DNA of 64,000 nt from an uncultured Gammaproteobacteria bacterium (GCA_963696315.1 CAVOJU010000014.1:56605-120604), one strand, 5' to 3'; shown: positions 20,409-31,498, numbered from the stretch's first letter. Notes: generated from the sequence alone by a model not told the origin. Numbers and translations: made by a program.

Positions 20409-23322
20409 TTATAACGCCTGGATTTTTCGCTGCTGCTGTTCAAGATTATTCAACGACGAGCGTAAATCCGTCAGTTTTGCTTTTTCCTTGTCGATGACAT
20501 CTGCCGGTGCTTTATCAACAAAGCTCGGGTTGTTGAGCTTGCCTTCTATGCGCGGCAGTTCCTTGATGATTTTCTGGATTTCCTTGTCCAGACGGGCCAG
20601 TTCTGCTGCTTTGTCGATCAAACCAGCCATGGGAATCAGGATTTTCATCTCGCCGACCAAAGCAATGGCGGATTCGGGTGCCTGCTGTTCCCTGCTTAAC
20701 CAGGTGATGCTGTCCAGTCGGCCGAGTTTTTGCAAATAAGTCAGGTTGTTGCTGACCAGGGCCTGATCAGCAGGCGTGCCGTTTTGCAGCAAGACCGGCA
20801 AGGGTTTGCCAGGCGCGATATTCATTTCGCCACGGATACGGCGCACGCCCAGAATAAAATTCATTAGCCAGTCGATTTCACTGATGGCGGCGGTGTCAAT
20901 CAGTGCTTCATCCGCTACCGGATACGGTTGAAGCATGATGGTTTCGCCTCTATGCCGTTTAATGGCGCCACGCGCTGCCAGATTTCCTCTGTAATAAACG
21001 GCATTAAAGGATGGGTCAGCCGGAGCAGGGTTTCCAGAACGGTCAGCAGATTTTGCGGGTGCCGCGTTGTAGCGGTTATCCGCCGGGCTCGCTCCATGTG
21101 AGTTTGCGGTATACATACCATCCTTGGCGATCGCCGCACCCGTTCTCGACGGGTTTGCGGCATACACACCATCCTTGGCGATACCAGATTGCAGTGATAT
21201 TTTGGCCAGTTCCAGATACCAGTCGCAGTATTCATTCCAGGCAAATTCATAAATGGCCTGCGCTGCCAAGTCGAAGCGGTAGTTGTCGATAGCGTGCGTG
21301 GTCATTGCCGATTGACCTGATGTAGCCGCGAAATAATCCAGCGATCTGCCAAACTGTAGCTCAAATTCAACGCTGCCATAAATACCATTGTCTTGATTTT
21401 CGGTATTCATCAACACGTAAGCGCGCGGCATTCCAGAGTTTATTGCAGAAGTTGCGGTAGCCTTCGGTGCGGGCCAAATCAAAGCGAATGTCGCGGCCGG
21501 TTGATGCCAAGGAGGCAAACGTGAAACGCAAGGCATCAGTACCGAAAGATGAAATGCCGTCCGGAAATTGTTTGCGCGTGGCCTGCTCGATTTTCTTCGC
21601 CAAATGCGGTTGCATCATGCCGGAGATGCGTTTTTCAACCAGGGCTTCCAGATCAATGCCGTCGATCAAATCAATCGGATCGAGGACATTGCCTTTGGAT
21701 TTGGACATTTTCTGGCCTTCGGCATCACGCACCAGACCGTGAATGTATACTTCCCTGAACGGCACTTGGCCCTGAAATTTCAGCCCCATCATGATCATGC
21801 GGGCCACCCAGAAGAAGATGATGTCAAAGCCGGTGACCAGCACGCTGGTCGGGTAATGTTTGGCCAGTTCCGGGGTATTTTCCGGCCAGCCCAGCGTGGA
21901 GAAAGGCCAAAGCGCTGATGAAAACCAGGTGTCCAGCACATCTTCATCCTGCGTCAGAACATAGCCGTCCGCTAGCTTGTGTTGTTCACGGACTTCCTGT
22001 TCGGAGCGTCCGACATAAACATTGCCTTCGGCATCATACCAGGCCGGGATGCGGTGTCCCCACCAGATTTGCCGGGAGATACACCAGTCCTGGATGTTGC
22101 GCATCCAGTCAAAATAGGTATTTTTCCAGTTATCGGGCACAAATTTGATGGCGCCGGTTTCGACCGCTTCGATAGCGGGCTTGGCCAGCGGTTCAACTTT
22201 GACATACCACTGGTCGGTTAACAGCGGCTCAATCACCGTACCGGTGCGATCGCCCCTCGGCACCATCAATTTATGATCGACGATTTTTTCCAGTAAACCC
22301 TGGCTTTCCAGGTCGGCAACCATTTGTTTACGGGCTTCAAAGCGATCCAGACCAATATACTTTTCCGGTATCAGAGTGTATTCATCATCGTTGCTGCGAA
22401 TGGTCGCATCCACGGTGAAAATATTAATCAGGCCGCCGTGAGGCAAATCGCTGATGGCGGAGGTATCACGGTGGCGCATCCATACCGCGTAGTCATTGAA
22501 GTCATGCGCTGGTGTAATCTTGACACAGCCAGTGCCGAATTCGGGATCGACATAGTCATCGGCAATGATGGGAATACGGCGGCCGGTAAGCGGCAGTTCC
22601 ACAAATTCGCCGAGCAGATGCTTATAACGCTCGTCATTGGGATGGATGGCGACCGCGGCGTCACCGAGCAGGGTTTCCGGGCGCGTGGTGGCGACAATCA
22701 GATGGCCGGTACCGTTGCTCAAGGGATAACGCATATGCCACATGGAGCCGTTTTCTTCTTCAGACAGCACTTCCAGATCGGAGACGGCGGTATGCAGCAC
22801 CGGATCCCAGTTGACCAGGCGCTTGCCGCGATAAATCAGGCCTTCTTCATACAGCCGGATAAACACCTCCTGAACGGCCTCGGACATGCCCTCATCCATG
22901 GTGAAACGTTCCCGGTTCCAGTCCAGCGACGAGCCCATGCGCCGCAATTGACGGGTAATGGTGCCGCCGGACTGTTCCTTCCATTCCCAGATTTTTTCGA
23001 CGAATTTGTCCCGCCCATAATCATGGCGGGTTTTGCCTTCGGCATTACACAAGCGTTCCACGACCATTTGCGTGGCAATGCCGGCATGGTCGGTGCCCGC
23101 TTGCCACAGCGTGCTGTAGCCTTTCATGCGGTGGTAACGAATCAAGGCATCCATGATGGTGTCCTGGAAGGCATGGCCCATATGCAGGCTGCCAGTGACA
23201 TTGGGCGGCGGAATCATGATGCAGTAGGATTCACCATCCTGTTTGGGGGCAAAATAGCCTTTTGCTTCCCAGGTCTGATACCAGCGTTGTTCAATTAAAT
23301 GGGGGGCGTATGTTTTTTCCAT
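20409..23322 (-). CDS. valS: Valine--tRNA ligase. It spans at least three reading frames and contains an intragenic repeat insert.
   Basis: The N-terminal 651 aa (ORF 21367..23322) carries HMGH and KMSKS. The anticodon-binding domain and coiled coil are in ORF 20409..21536. A short stretch ([33 protein letters not shown]) reads only in the frame of ORF 20915..21250. Frame breaks lie near 21410, within 21082-21182, and near 20945. Confidence 0.85.
21082..21182 (-). repeat. Two tandem copies of a 51-nt unit inside valS, read through in the gene's frame as [17 protein letters not shown] / [17 protein letters not shown].
   Basis: atcgccaaggatggtRtgtatRccgcaa... units at 21132-21182 and 21082-21131 (gene orientation). 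The same unit occurs in holC. Confidence 0.8.
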
Positions 23323-23346
23323 GAATGTTGGCTATTTTTCTAAGGT

Positions 23347-23832
23347 TCAATGATTGATTTTATGCGTAGTAATCGCCATTCCTGACTGTTGATACTGACG
23401 ATAGCGCTGTCTGCCTGCGGCTTTGCTTGCTTCGCTGTTATCGAGAATTTCAAGGATTCGTGCGGCTTGTGCAGATGCTTGCGGGCAGGCTGAAGATAAG
23501 TTGACTACGGTTTGCTGCCAGTTGGCGGGCGGGGGTAGTGAGCCAATCAGAATAATTTTATCACCGGCCGCGCTCGCTCCCTGCGAGCTTGCGGCATACA
23601 CACCATCCTTGGCGATACCCGGCAACTCACCGGTAAAAATCTGGTGCGGAATAAAACTGCCTGCCCGGAAAGTCCAGAGCAGGTCGTCTATTTTTTGGCT
23701 TTGTTCTGCATTGTCGGTGAGCACGTAGCAATAGTGGCCGCTACGATAGGCTTTTTCTATCAGTTTGCAGGCGAACAGATAGCGATCCTGTAAGGATTCG
23801 GAGGACAGGATGTAAAAGCTGACGTCGGGCAT
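23347..23832 (-). CDS. holC: DNA polymerase III subunit chi.
   Basis: 161 aa with the HolC N-terminal fold (MPDVSFYIL...LWTFR). It contains an in-frame insert, [19 protein letters not shown]. Confidence 0.8.
   Translation of the reverse strand: MPDVSFYILSSESLQDRYLFACKLIEKAYRSGHYCYVLTDNAEQSQKIDDLLWTFRAGSFIPHQIFTGELPGIAKDGVYAASSQGASAAGDKIILIGSLPPPANWQQTVVNLSSACPQASAQAARILEILDNSEASKAAGRQRYRQYQQSGMAITTHKINH
23566..23616 (-). repeat. Single copy of the 51-nt intragenic repeat unit inside holC, flanked by ACC/ACC (+ strand) direct trinucleotides.
   Basis: ggccgcgctcgctccctgcgagcttgcggcatacacaccatccttggcgat matches the valS units. Confidence 0.8.
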
Positions 23833-23839
23833 TTGGGCT

Positions 23840-25327
23840 TTAGCCCTGTGCCCGGTTGATCAGGTACTGGCTTAACAAGGGCACAGGGCGGCCGGTTGCG
23901 CCTTTGCTTGGTCCGGTGCGCCAGGCTGTGCCGGCAATATCCAGATGCGCCCAGCGCAGGTTTTCAGCGAAACGCGCCAGAAAACAGGCGGCGGTGATGG
24001 TGCCGGCGTCTTTGCCGCCCACATTGGCCATGTCGGCAAAATTGGATTTCAGTTGCTCCTGATATTCTTCCCACAGCGGCAAACGCCAGAGGCTGTCACT
24101 GGCGGTTTCGGATGCCGCCAGCAGGTCATTACACAAGACATCATCATTGCCGAGCAAGCCGCTGGGTACCCGGCCCAAGGCGACCAGGCAGGCGCCGGTC
24201 AGCGTGGCCAGATCAATCACCACATCGGGATTAAATCTTTCAGCATAAGTGAGCGTGTCGCAAAGGAGCAAACGGCCTTCGGCGTCGGTATTGAGCACTT
24301 CGATGGTTTTGCCGGACATGCTGGTTAAAATATCGCCGGGTTTATTGGCATCGCCATCGGGCATGTTTTCCGAGGACGGAATCAGACCGATAATATTCAG
24401 CGGCAACTGCATTTGTGCGGCGGCCTGTAAGGTGCCCAGGACGGCGGCGCCGCCGCACATGTCGTATTTCATTTCGTCCATGCCGGGGGCCTGTTTTAAG
24501 GAAATGCCGCCGGCATCAAAGGTCAGGCCTTTACCGATCAAGACGATGGGTTTGCGGTTTTTGTCACCGCCTTGATAGTTCAGGCTAATCAGTTTGGCGG
24601 GTTGGCGACTGCCGCGCGACACCGACAGAAAAGCGCCCATGCCCAGTACGGCCAGGTCCGATTCTTCGAGTATGCTGACTGCCAGGCTGGCGAATTGTTT
24701 ATCCAGTTCCAGGGCTTGTTCGGCCAGATAAGAAGGTGTGCAGATGTTGCCAGGTAAATCGGCAAGATGCTTGGTCAGGTCTACGCCCCGGGCAATGGCC
24801 AGGCCTTGTTCAAGGCCTGTTTGCGCGCTGGCGTGTTCAGAATCTGGTGTGACTATATGAACCTGTTCGACTTTGCATTCTGTTTCTTTATCGGATTTCA
24901 ATTGGGTAAATTGATAAGCTGCATCGTTAAACACTTCGACGATTTGTCTGGATTTCCATTCCCAGCCACCATTGGTGACGTCACACTCGGCCAGGCAGCA
25001 GGCGACTGACTTGACGGGGGTCTTTTTTAAGCTGTTAATGGCCGCAGACAGGGCTTTTCGGTAGTCTTTGGCGGACAATGGTTCTTGTTTGCCCAGGCCA
25101 ACCAGCAAAATACGTTCAATGGTGCTGTCGGGGATGGCGTTGATTAATACGGTTTCGCCATTTTTTCCGCTCAGGTCGCCACGGCTGAGCATTTTGTTGA
25201 TCAGGCCCGAAGTGCTTTGGTTGAGCCTCGCCGCAGACGGTGTAAACTGCTGATCCTGGTAAACACCGATGATCAGACAATCACATTGCAGTTTTTCTAA
25301 GGGCGAGGTTTCTATAGAATAGTCCAT
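23840..25327 (-). CDS. pepA: Leucyl aminopeptidase (M17).
   Basis: 495 aa with the NTDAEGRL signature. Confidence 0.9.
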   Translation of the reverse strand: MDYSIETSPLEKLQCDCLIIGVYQDQQFTPSAARLNQSTSGLINKMLSRGDLSGKNGETVLINAIPDSTIERILLVGLGKQEPLSAKDYRKALSAAINSLKKTPVKSVACCLAECDVTNGGWEWKSRQIVEVFNDAAYQFTQLKSDKETECKVEQVHIVTPDSEHASAQTGLEQGLAIARGVDLTKHLADLPGNICTPSYLAEQALELDKQFASLAVSILEESDLAVLGMGAFLSVSRGSRQPAKLISLNYQGGDKNRKPIVLIGKGLTFDAGGISLKQAPGMDEMKYDMCGGAAVLGTLQAAAQMQLPLNIIGLIPSSENMPDGDANKPGDILTSMSGKTIEVLNTDAEGRLLLCDTLTYAERFNPDVVIDLATLTGACLVALGRVPSGLLGNDDVLCNDLLAASETASDSLWRLPLWEEYQEQLKSNFADMANVGGKDAGTITAACFLARFAENLRWAHLDIAGTAWRTGPSKGATGRPVPLLSQYLINRAQG

Positions 25328-25518
25328 AACTTATCTTTAAATTTGCGAAATGAGGTTGATGCCCTGAGCAGGCCTAAGGGGGCCGGCTCAGCATGAGCAG
25401 TTCACTATGAATTATACAACACAACTATTAAATTTTGATGCGGGAGAAAGGCTTGGAAGCAGATTGGCCTAAAGGCTATAAAATAGGGCGCAGGCCATGG
25501 GTGTCGGTGCTGGACAAA

Positions 25519-26589
25519 ATGATAGCGCTGGATTTGCTCACTACGCTGCTGTCGGTTTTATCGGTGATTGTCGTTATTATTGTCAGCCGGCAATTTATCA
25601 GGATTCTTGATAAGGCAATTGAAGGGCAGGTGTCCAACGAGACTTTATTCAGTATTCTGGGTTTGAAAACGGTGGTTGCCGGCATTGCTTTTTTGCCTGC
25701 TGCCTTGTTCATGGCGGTATTAATGGTCATTGGCAGGATGTACCGGGATCAGGAAATGTCCGCTGTGTTTTCAGCCGGTGGCGGAGCAGGAACTATTTAT
25801 AGGGCGGTATTCCTGCTGGTCTTTCCGCTTAGTGTGCTGAGCCTTGGTTTGGCAATGTACGCGGCGCCGTGGGCGGAAGCCAGGACGGGGCAGTTAACCC
25901 AAAAGGATGAGCAGTCTGCCGATATTAGAGGTATTGCCGCGGGAAAGTTTACTGAATATAGTCAGGGCGATCTGGTTTTTTATGTAGAAAAGATCACTGC
26001 CGATAAAAAATTGCAGCAAGTCTTCGTGCAGCACAGGCAAGGTGAAAGACTGGCGATTACGAATGCCGAAGAAGGGCGGCTGGAAGATTTGCCCGACGGA
26101 CGTTACATGATTCTGGAACGGGGTGAGCGCGTGGAGGGATCACCTGGAGGGCTTAAGTATAATATTGAAAACTTCAGTGAATATGCGGTGAGAATAGATG
26201 AAAAAACCTCGGCCGCCAATGTCGACCGGGAAGCTCTCGATACGCATTTGTTGTGGAATTCCAAGGAGCCGAGGGATGTCGCCGAGTTGCAACGGCGTTT
26301 TTCCATCCCCTTGGGTGTGATATTTCTGACCTTTCTGGCGGTGCCTTTGGCGCAGTCCTCCCCCCGTGCCGGCGTCTATGGCAACATGCTGGTCGCCTTT
26401 TTAATTTATTTTAGTTACGGCAATCTTCTGCGTATCAGTCAGAGTTGGGTTATGAAGGAAACGATTCCTGCCTGGGTGGGTAGTTTCTGGCTGTATCTGG
26501 TCCTGTTGATAATTGGCGGGATTCTGTTGGCAAAATTCTATGGGTGGCAGTGGCTTATCATGAAAATCAGGGATAAGGTGGCGAGATGA
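25519..26589 (+). CDS. lptF: LPS export ABC permease LptF.
   Basis: YjgP/YjgQ-family permease. The start is chosen at MIALDLL; the ORF track extends to 25435. Confidence 0.8.
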   Translation: MIALDLLTTLLSVLSVIVVIIVSRQFIRILDKAIEGQVSNETLFSILGLKTVVAGIAFLPAALFMAVLMVIGRMYRDQEMSAVFSAGGGAGTIYRAVFLLVFPLSVLSLGLAMYAAPWAEARTGQLTQKDEQSADIRGIAAGKFTEYSQGDLVFYVEKITADKKLQQVFVQHRQGERLAITNAEEGRLEDLPDGRYMILERGERVEGSPGGLKYNIENFSEYAVRIDEKTSAANVDREALDTHLLWNSKEPRDVAELQRRFSIPLGVIFLTFLAVPLAQSSPRAGVYGNMLVAFLIYFSYGNLLRISQSWVMKETIPAWVGSFWLYLVLLIIGGILLAKFYGWQWLIMKIRDKVAR

Positions 26590-27654
26590 ACGTATTAACG
26601 TCTTATGTGGTAAGGGAAATTCTAAAAGGCTCGCTGGTTGCGATGCTGTTGCTGCTGACCCTATTTAATTTGTTTACCTTCAGTGACGAGTTAAAGGCTT
26701 TAGGCAAAGGCAATTACGGATTAAGAGAGATTTTTTATTATTTGGCCTTGACCTCGCCGCGGGTCTTTTATGAATTAATGCCTTCCTCAGCCTTATTAGG
26801 CAGTCTTTTTATTCTTGGGGCTATGGGCAACAATCGCGAATTGATTGCCATGCGAGCAGCCGGTTTGTCGATCCTTGGCATAATAAAAGCGGTGATGTTG
26901 GCGGGGGTTCTGTTAGTGATAATCTCCGTTGTGGTCGGTGAATTTGTTGCTCCCTACACTGAGCGCGCGGCGCAACTGCTTAAGACTACTGCCAAAAATG
27001 AGCAAGTGGTCATGGAAACCCGATATGGGCTTTGGTTGCGTGAAGGTAAAAAATTCATCAATGTCCGGAAATTAGAAGATGACGGCAGTCTGGCAAATAT
27101 TTACATTTATGAGCGGGATGATCAATCTCGATTACGGCAGGCCTTGTATGCGGCAAAGGCTACTTTCTTGGGCCAGCAGCAATGGAAGCTCGAGCAAATC
27201 CAGCAATCAGCAATTTCAAATGAACAAATGGCCGCCAATAGTCAAGCCGAGCAGACTCTGGACATCCTCGATTGCGCCGGATTTGTTAAAGATTGTCGTG
27301 GTTAATCCAGATAATTTATCGCTGTATGACTTGCTCATGTATATCGATTTTTTAAAGGGAAATCATCAAAAATCGCAGCGTTTCGAGATGGCGTTCTGGG
27401 GCCGGGTTGTTAATCCTTTGGTTACCTTCGTGATGCTGCTGGTATCGGCGCCCTTTGTTATCGGCGTCAAACGTGGCGTCAGTGTGGGTGCGCGGATGAT
27501 GCTCGGCGTTGTTATTGGCATGGGCTTTAACATTCTTGACAAAATTGTCGGTCACATGGGGCTTATCTATGAGCTCAATCCGCCACTCATGGCGGCTTTT
27601 CCCAGTTTGACGGTATGTGCCTTGGCGCTATTTGCAATAAAGCGCGTGCGTTAA
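26586..27654 (+). CDS. lptG: LPS export ABC permease LptG, with a frameshift near 27265.
   Basis: ORFs 26586..27305 and 27079..27654 together make one YjgP/YjgQ permease; the C-terminal part (...APDLLKIVVVNPDNLS...) is in an adjacent frame. Confidence 0.8.
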
Positions 27655-27673
27655 CTGTTTTTTAAAGGCGTTG

Positions 27674-28955
27674 TCAGGAAAGCGCCTTCAGAGTCTGCTG
27701 AATCTGGGTTTTGGCTTCATACAATAAATTCAGCGAGAGTTCGGGAGACAGGGAAAAATCCTTTAATTTACTAGCCGCCGGTATAGACGTCACAGCCGGC
27801 AATTCAGACATCTCGGCTTTGCCGATTTTGCTGTGCAAACGGGAAAGCACGACTATATCGGTTAAGTTAAGGTTTTCGCTGCTATTTTGATACCAGTTTT
27901 CCGAGTCTTGCGGGATGTTGATAAATTCCTCCGAAAATCCCCAGTCGCGCAAAATTTTATAGCCAATCGGGCCTTTGACAATGGGGAGTGCCTGGAGAAT
28001 GTCGGATTCCGTATAGTAATCCTTGGGTAAGTTGGCGGCAAAATTCAAAAAAGGCACGGCGCCAATGTCGCAAACAAGTCCTGCGAGTAAAGCCTGTTCA
28101 GGATCCACCTGTTTGCTGACAGCAGCCAGGACATAACAAAGCGTTGAAATATAAAGGCTTTGTTTCCAAATAGCATCAAGGTGTTTTTTTATCAGCGGCG
28201 ACTGGCTTTTGAAAATATGATGCAGGCTTAAACTGACGACCAGATTGCGGGCTGCGTTCAGACCTATACGATTGACGGCGGTGAAGCAGCTTTTAGCCGG
28301 GGTGGTGCTGATGTAAAGCGGGCAGTTGGCTACTTCAATCAGTTTGGCGGAAATGACCGGATCCAGCTGGATAATTTTTACCGCTTCGGCGATGCCGATA
28401 TCGTTCAGTATGGCTTTGCGCAGTTTGATGGCGATGTCAGGTAATGTCGGTATTTCCAGTTCCTCATGCAGATAATGCTGGGAAAAGGTTTGCAACAAGC
28501 GATTGTCTGCGAGTTCAACGGGAATGTTCAGTTCCGAAAGATGTGATGTGTCGGTTTTTGGAGACGACATGATTTTTTGCGAGACGCGCAAGATACGCAC
28601 ATCTGTTTTTGCGATGGCGGTGGTTGTGTGTTTGCTGCCGCTACAGAGAGGAAATTTTGCTTTTGCAGTGCCTGCTTCTATTTCATAACTTTTCTTGCTG
28701 TCATCGGACAAGGACGATGCTGCCTTCCAGTAGATAAAGTGCTGAGTCAGTCTCTTGGCCGATAGTAAACAGTACGCTTTTTTCCGGAAAAACTTCCGAG
28801 AGCTGGTTGTTGGCAAAGGCGTCGAGTTTTTCGCTGCTAAAATTTCTGATCGGGATCAGTGTCTTCAATGTGTCCATTGAAACTGGTTCAATAGCAAGGC
28901 TGCGTGTGGACGAACCACTTTTCTTGTCTTTTAAAAAAGAGTTCAGAAAAGACAT
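27674..28955 (-). CDS. Cyclic-nucleotide-binding domain protein fused to an HDOD signalling domain, with a frameshift within 28701-28816.
   Basis: ORF 28701..28955 encodes the cNMP-binding N-terminus; its conserved C-terminal strand (...AGTAKAKFPLCSGSKHTTTAIAKTDVRILRVSQ) continues in the frame of ORF 27674..28816, which holds the HDOD domain. Confidence 0.65.
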
Positions 28956-29104
28956 CTTTTATTCCTAAATAACGGTAAGGGTCAGAGCACTAAAACCTTG
29001 ATTTCGCAAAGCCCATAAAATTTACTATATGCTAAACTCAAATAGTGTGTTTTTTAGTATAGCAAATTGCAAGTAGAGAATTTGATTAGTTATTCGCAGC
29101 TAGG

Positions 29105-30829
29105 GTGAGGGGGCGGCAATTGGAAAAGTTAAGATTTAGAAGCGTGCCAAGCGTTGCGCATTATGAAGTTCCTTTTGCATTAAATGAGCGGGCGCTTGCA
29201 GACTGGTTGCATGGTCTGGCAGTCAAACAAAATTACCATGCCGGCAAAGAGCTGTTCTGCGTGTTGCAGGCTTTGATCCGAATGCACATAAGCCCGCAGC
29301 AGCATTTGAAGTTCCTCACCGAGATTAGCGCTTTTCTGGACGAATTGGCCGGCCAGCTAGAGAAAAATTATCTGGATGCAAGTTTCCCGCTTGAGCTTGA
29401 AGCACAAGCGCAGGTTGATATCGTCACTTTTGCCTATGCAACCTTGGCGAAAAATTATGCCTTGGCCGGAGAGGAACTGATCGCTCGCTCTGGTCGTCCT
29501 TCTGATATAGCCTTGGCCTTGATTTTGGCTTTAGAAGCCGCGGGCAAGGCCTTATTACATATATCGCAAGTATATATGCAGCCTTATGAGGGGTTTTGGC
29601 TGTTTTGTCATCAAATTTATTTGTTGGCAGAAGAAAATGGTCTATTGAATGTAGAAATAAATAGCGGGAAAGGCCAGGGTAAAACCATCGATGCCGCCTA
29701 TAAGCAAGTTTTGCTGTTTGATCTGGCTGACAGCAGCCAATTCAGACCTCGCGAAATGAAGGCTATTTATCATTTTTTAAACAAATTCTCTGTACAGGCA
29801 AAAATATTTCTTGAGCATGCTCAGGAGCGCGTCACGGCGCTATGCTTATTTAATCTCAACCAGGATCAGCCGCCTAAAGCCCTAAGAACTCAGCATGAGG
29901 GCAAGGATGCGGCTGATCGCTATGTGTCTGTGCTGGCAGCAAAAAACATCTATCAGTTTTTACAGCATAGCGCATCAGGGCACGGCGCGACCAAAGCCAT
30001 AAGCCGGGAGTTGTTGACGCGGCTAGTAAAATCTTTGGCCATGGCTCAAAAAAGGCGACATAACCGTGTTGTTGAGCAAGGTGCCGGTGTGGGCCTGCTT
30101 GGATTTAACAATGTGATCAGTTTTTTGTATAAAAGGGATTTTGCCGAACGTAATAATTTGCTGCCGGTGCAGCAGCGAGATACGCGAATTGCCGGTCATT
30201 GGCAGGTGCCGAATCTGGATTTGGTTCCCGAGGGCAGCGAGTGGATGCACCAGATGGAGACGCATTATCGTAAAAAAACTGCGGAAAATTCGCCCATCAA
30301 CAAAATTCTGAAATTAAGCCGTGAGCTTCCAAGCGATGCAGGCGTGTGGAAAACCCCCGGAATTGGCAAAAACAAATTGGTCGATGACATTCCTACAGGC
30401 GAATTTGAAATCCTCAACAGCAGCGCCCATGGTTTTCGGATTTCATGGAAGTCGGATGAGTTAAAAGTGAAGATTGGTGATATTTTTGCCATGCCATCGG
30501 TTCGTGGAGACAGATTGGAAATCGGTCTGATTCGAAGGATAGCTGGACACACTCAGGATGCTGTGCAGCTGGCCATTGAAGTAATAGGATTCGAATCCGA
30601 ACTGATTGGTCTTGTCCGGCAGGGTCAAATAGAGAAGGAGTGCTGGGCCATTTTATTGCCGGGCATTCGCGCCTTGAAGCAAGCGGATAGTGTTGTCTTG
30701 AATGCCGGAAATTATTCAGAGGGCGACTTTATTACCATACGACGCGGCCAGCAAGAAATTGAGTGCCGTCTGCACAAATTAATCAACAGCACCTCTGCCG
30801 TTACTCACATGGAACTGCTGTATCCCTAA
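29105..30829 (+). CDS. Hypothetical 574-aa protein. The C-terminal approximately 120 aa show a weak PilZ-like (NxSxxG) signature.
   Basis: Long intact ORF starting at GTG. It has a C-terminal EILNSSAHGFRISW motif but no clear RxxxR; there is no other recognisable family motif. Confidence 0.5.
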   Translation: MRGRQLEKLRFRSVPSVAHYEVPFALNERALADWLHGLAVKQNYHAGKELFCVLQALIRMHISPQQHLKFLTEISAFLDELAGQLEKNYLDASFPLELEAQAQVDIVTFAYATLAKNYALAGEELIARSGRPSDIALALILALEAAGKALLHISQVYMQPYEGFWLFCHQIYLLAEENGLLNVEINSGKGQGKTIDAAYKQVLLFDLADSSQFRPREMKAIYHFLNKFSVQAKIFLEHAQERVTALCLFNLNQDQPPKALRTQHEGKDAADRYVSVLAAKNIYQFLQHSASGHGATKAISRELLTRLVKSLAMAQKRRHNRVVEQGAGVGLLGFNNVISFLYKRDFAERNNLLPVQQRDTRIAGHWQVPNLDLVPEGSEWMHQMETHYRKKTAENSPINKILKLSRELPSDAGVWKTPGIGKNKLVDDIPTGEFEILNSSAHGFRISWKSDELKVKIGDIFAMPSVRGDRLEIGLIRRIAGHTQDAVQLAIEVIGFESELIGLVRQGQIEKECWAILLPGIRALKQADSVVLNAGNYSEGDFITIRRGQQEIECRLHKLINSTSAVTHMELLYP

Positions 30830-30841
30830 AAACGGTCGTTT

Positions 30842-31498
30842 TTAGTTAATAAGCTTGCCCAGCATGGATGCCAGCGTGCTCAATACATCAACCTCAAGGT
30901 CGAAGCTGGCATAATCGGCGGCGTTATCATTTGAAAGTGGCGCGCGCGGTGGTTTTCTTTTTTGGCGTTCGGAAAGCGCTTGTTGTTGATCTAATAACTG
31001 TCCGCCCGCTTTTTTCCATTCCATTAAATGCGTTAGTTCGCCGCTATCCAGCCAGATGCCGTGTTTATTGCAGCGATCGATAATCACGCCACTGCGATGA
31101 CCAAACACCCGCCGGTTCATAAATGTGCGGCATACCGGGCATTTGATGTATTTCACGGTATTATTTGCTGCATAGCGGTCTGTATTGATGTTGTCCAGCT
31201 GCTGCAGATTGATGTCAAAGACATGGGAAACCGAGTTTTCAAGCAAAGTTTCTATTTCACCCGGATCAAAAAACAAACCGAAACAGTCAGGGCAGCGTTC
31301 GATCAGAAAGTCAGTGCCGAGATCAAGATTAATTGTTTGCAAGGGTTTGTCGCAGTGGGGGCACAGGCGATCAGAGGATTCCTCGATAACGTCATAGGTG
31401 TGCCTGCTGTGCAGATCGACATCATTGCGCGTGCCGCAATAACTGCATTGGTTTACATTGGCAGGCAGCGGAGCGGAGCAGCTAATACATTTGGCCAT
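30842..31498 (-). CDS. TFIIB-type zinc-ribbon protein (YdjG-like).
   Basis: Three to four CxxC pairs (CISCSA...CSYCG; CPHCD...CPDC; CPVC...CNKHG). Its stop is one base from the upstream SPFH gene. Confidence 0.65.
   Translation of the reverse strand: MAKCISCSAPLPANVNQCSYCGTRNDVDLHSRHTYDVIEESSDRLCPHCDKPLQTINLDLGTDFLIERCPDCFGLFFDPGEIETLLENSVSHVFDINLQQLDNINTDRYAANNTVKYIKCPVCRTFMNRRVFGHRSGVIIDRCNKHGIWLDSGELTHLMEWKKAGGQLLDQQQALSERQKRKPPRAPLSNDNAADYASFDLEVDVLSTLASMLGKLIN

Noticed and set aside
21082-21182. Possibility that the tandem 51-nt units are a CRISPR or other array.
   Set aside because: There are only two units with no spacers, they sit inside an essential gene, and the same unit is present singly in holC. 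This fits an interspersed element, not an array.
20915-21250. A 111-aa ORF inside valS.
   Set aside because: It is an alternative frame of valS across the repeat insert. It contains a genuine ValS stretch ([33 protein letters not shown]), so it is evidence of frame breaks within valS and not a separate gene.
22324-23298. Long plus-strand ORFs (324 aa here; also 21568..21918, 1673..2083, 54572..55366, 56129..57067 and 48349..49059) lying antisense to valS, the IS transposase, the M28 peptidase, arsM and fumC.
   Set aside because: They sit in GC-rich coding regions, have no start context or recognisable motifs, and the opposite strand carries a well-supported gene. They are typical spurious antisense ORFs.
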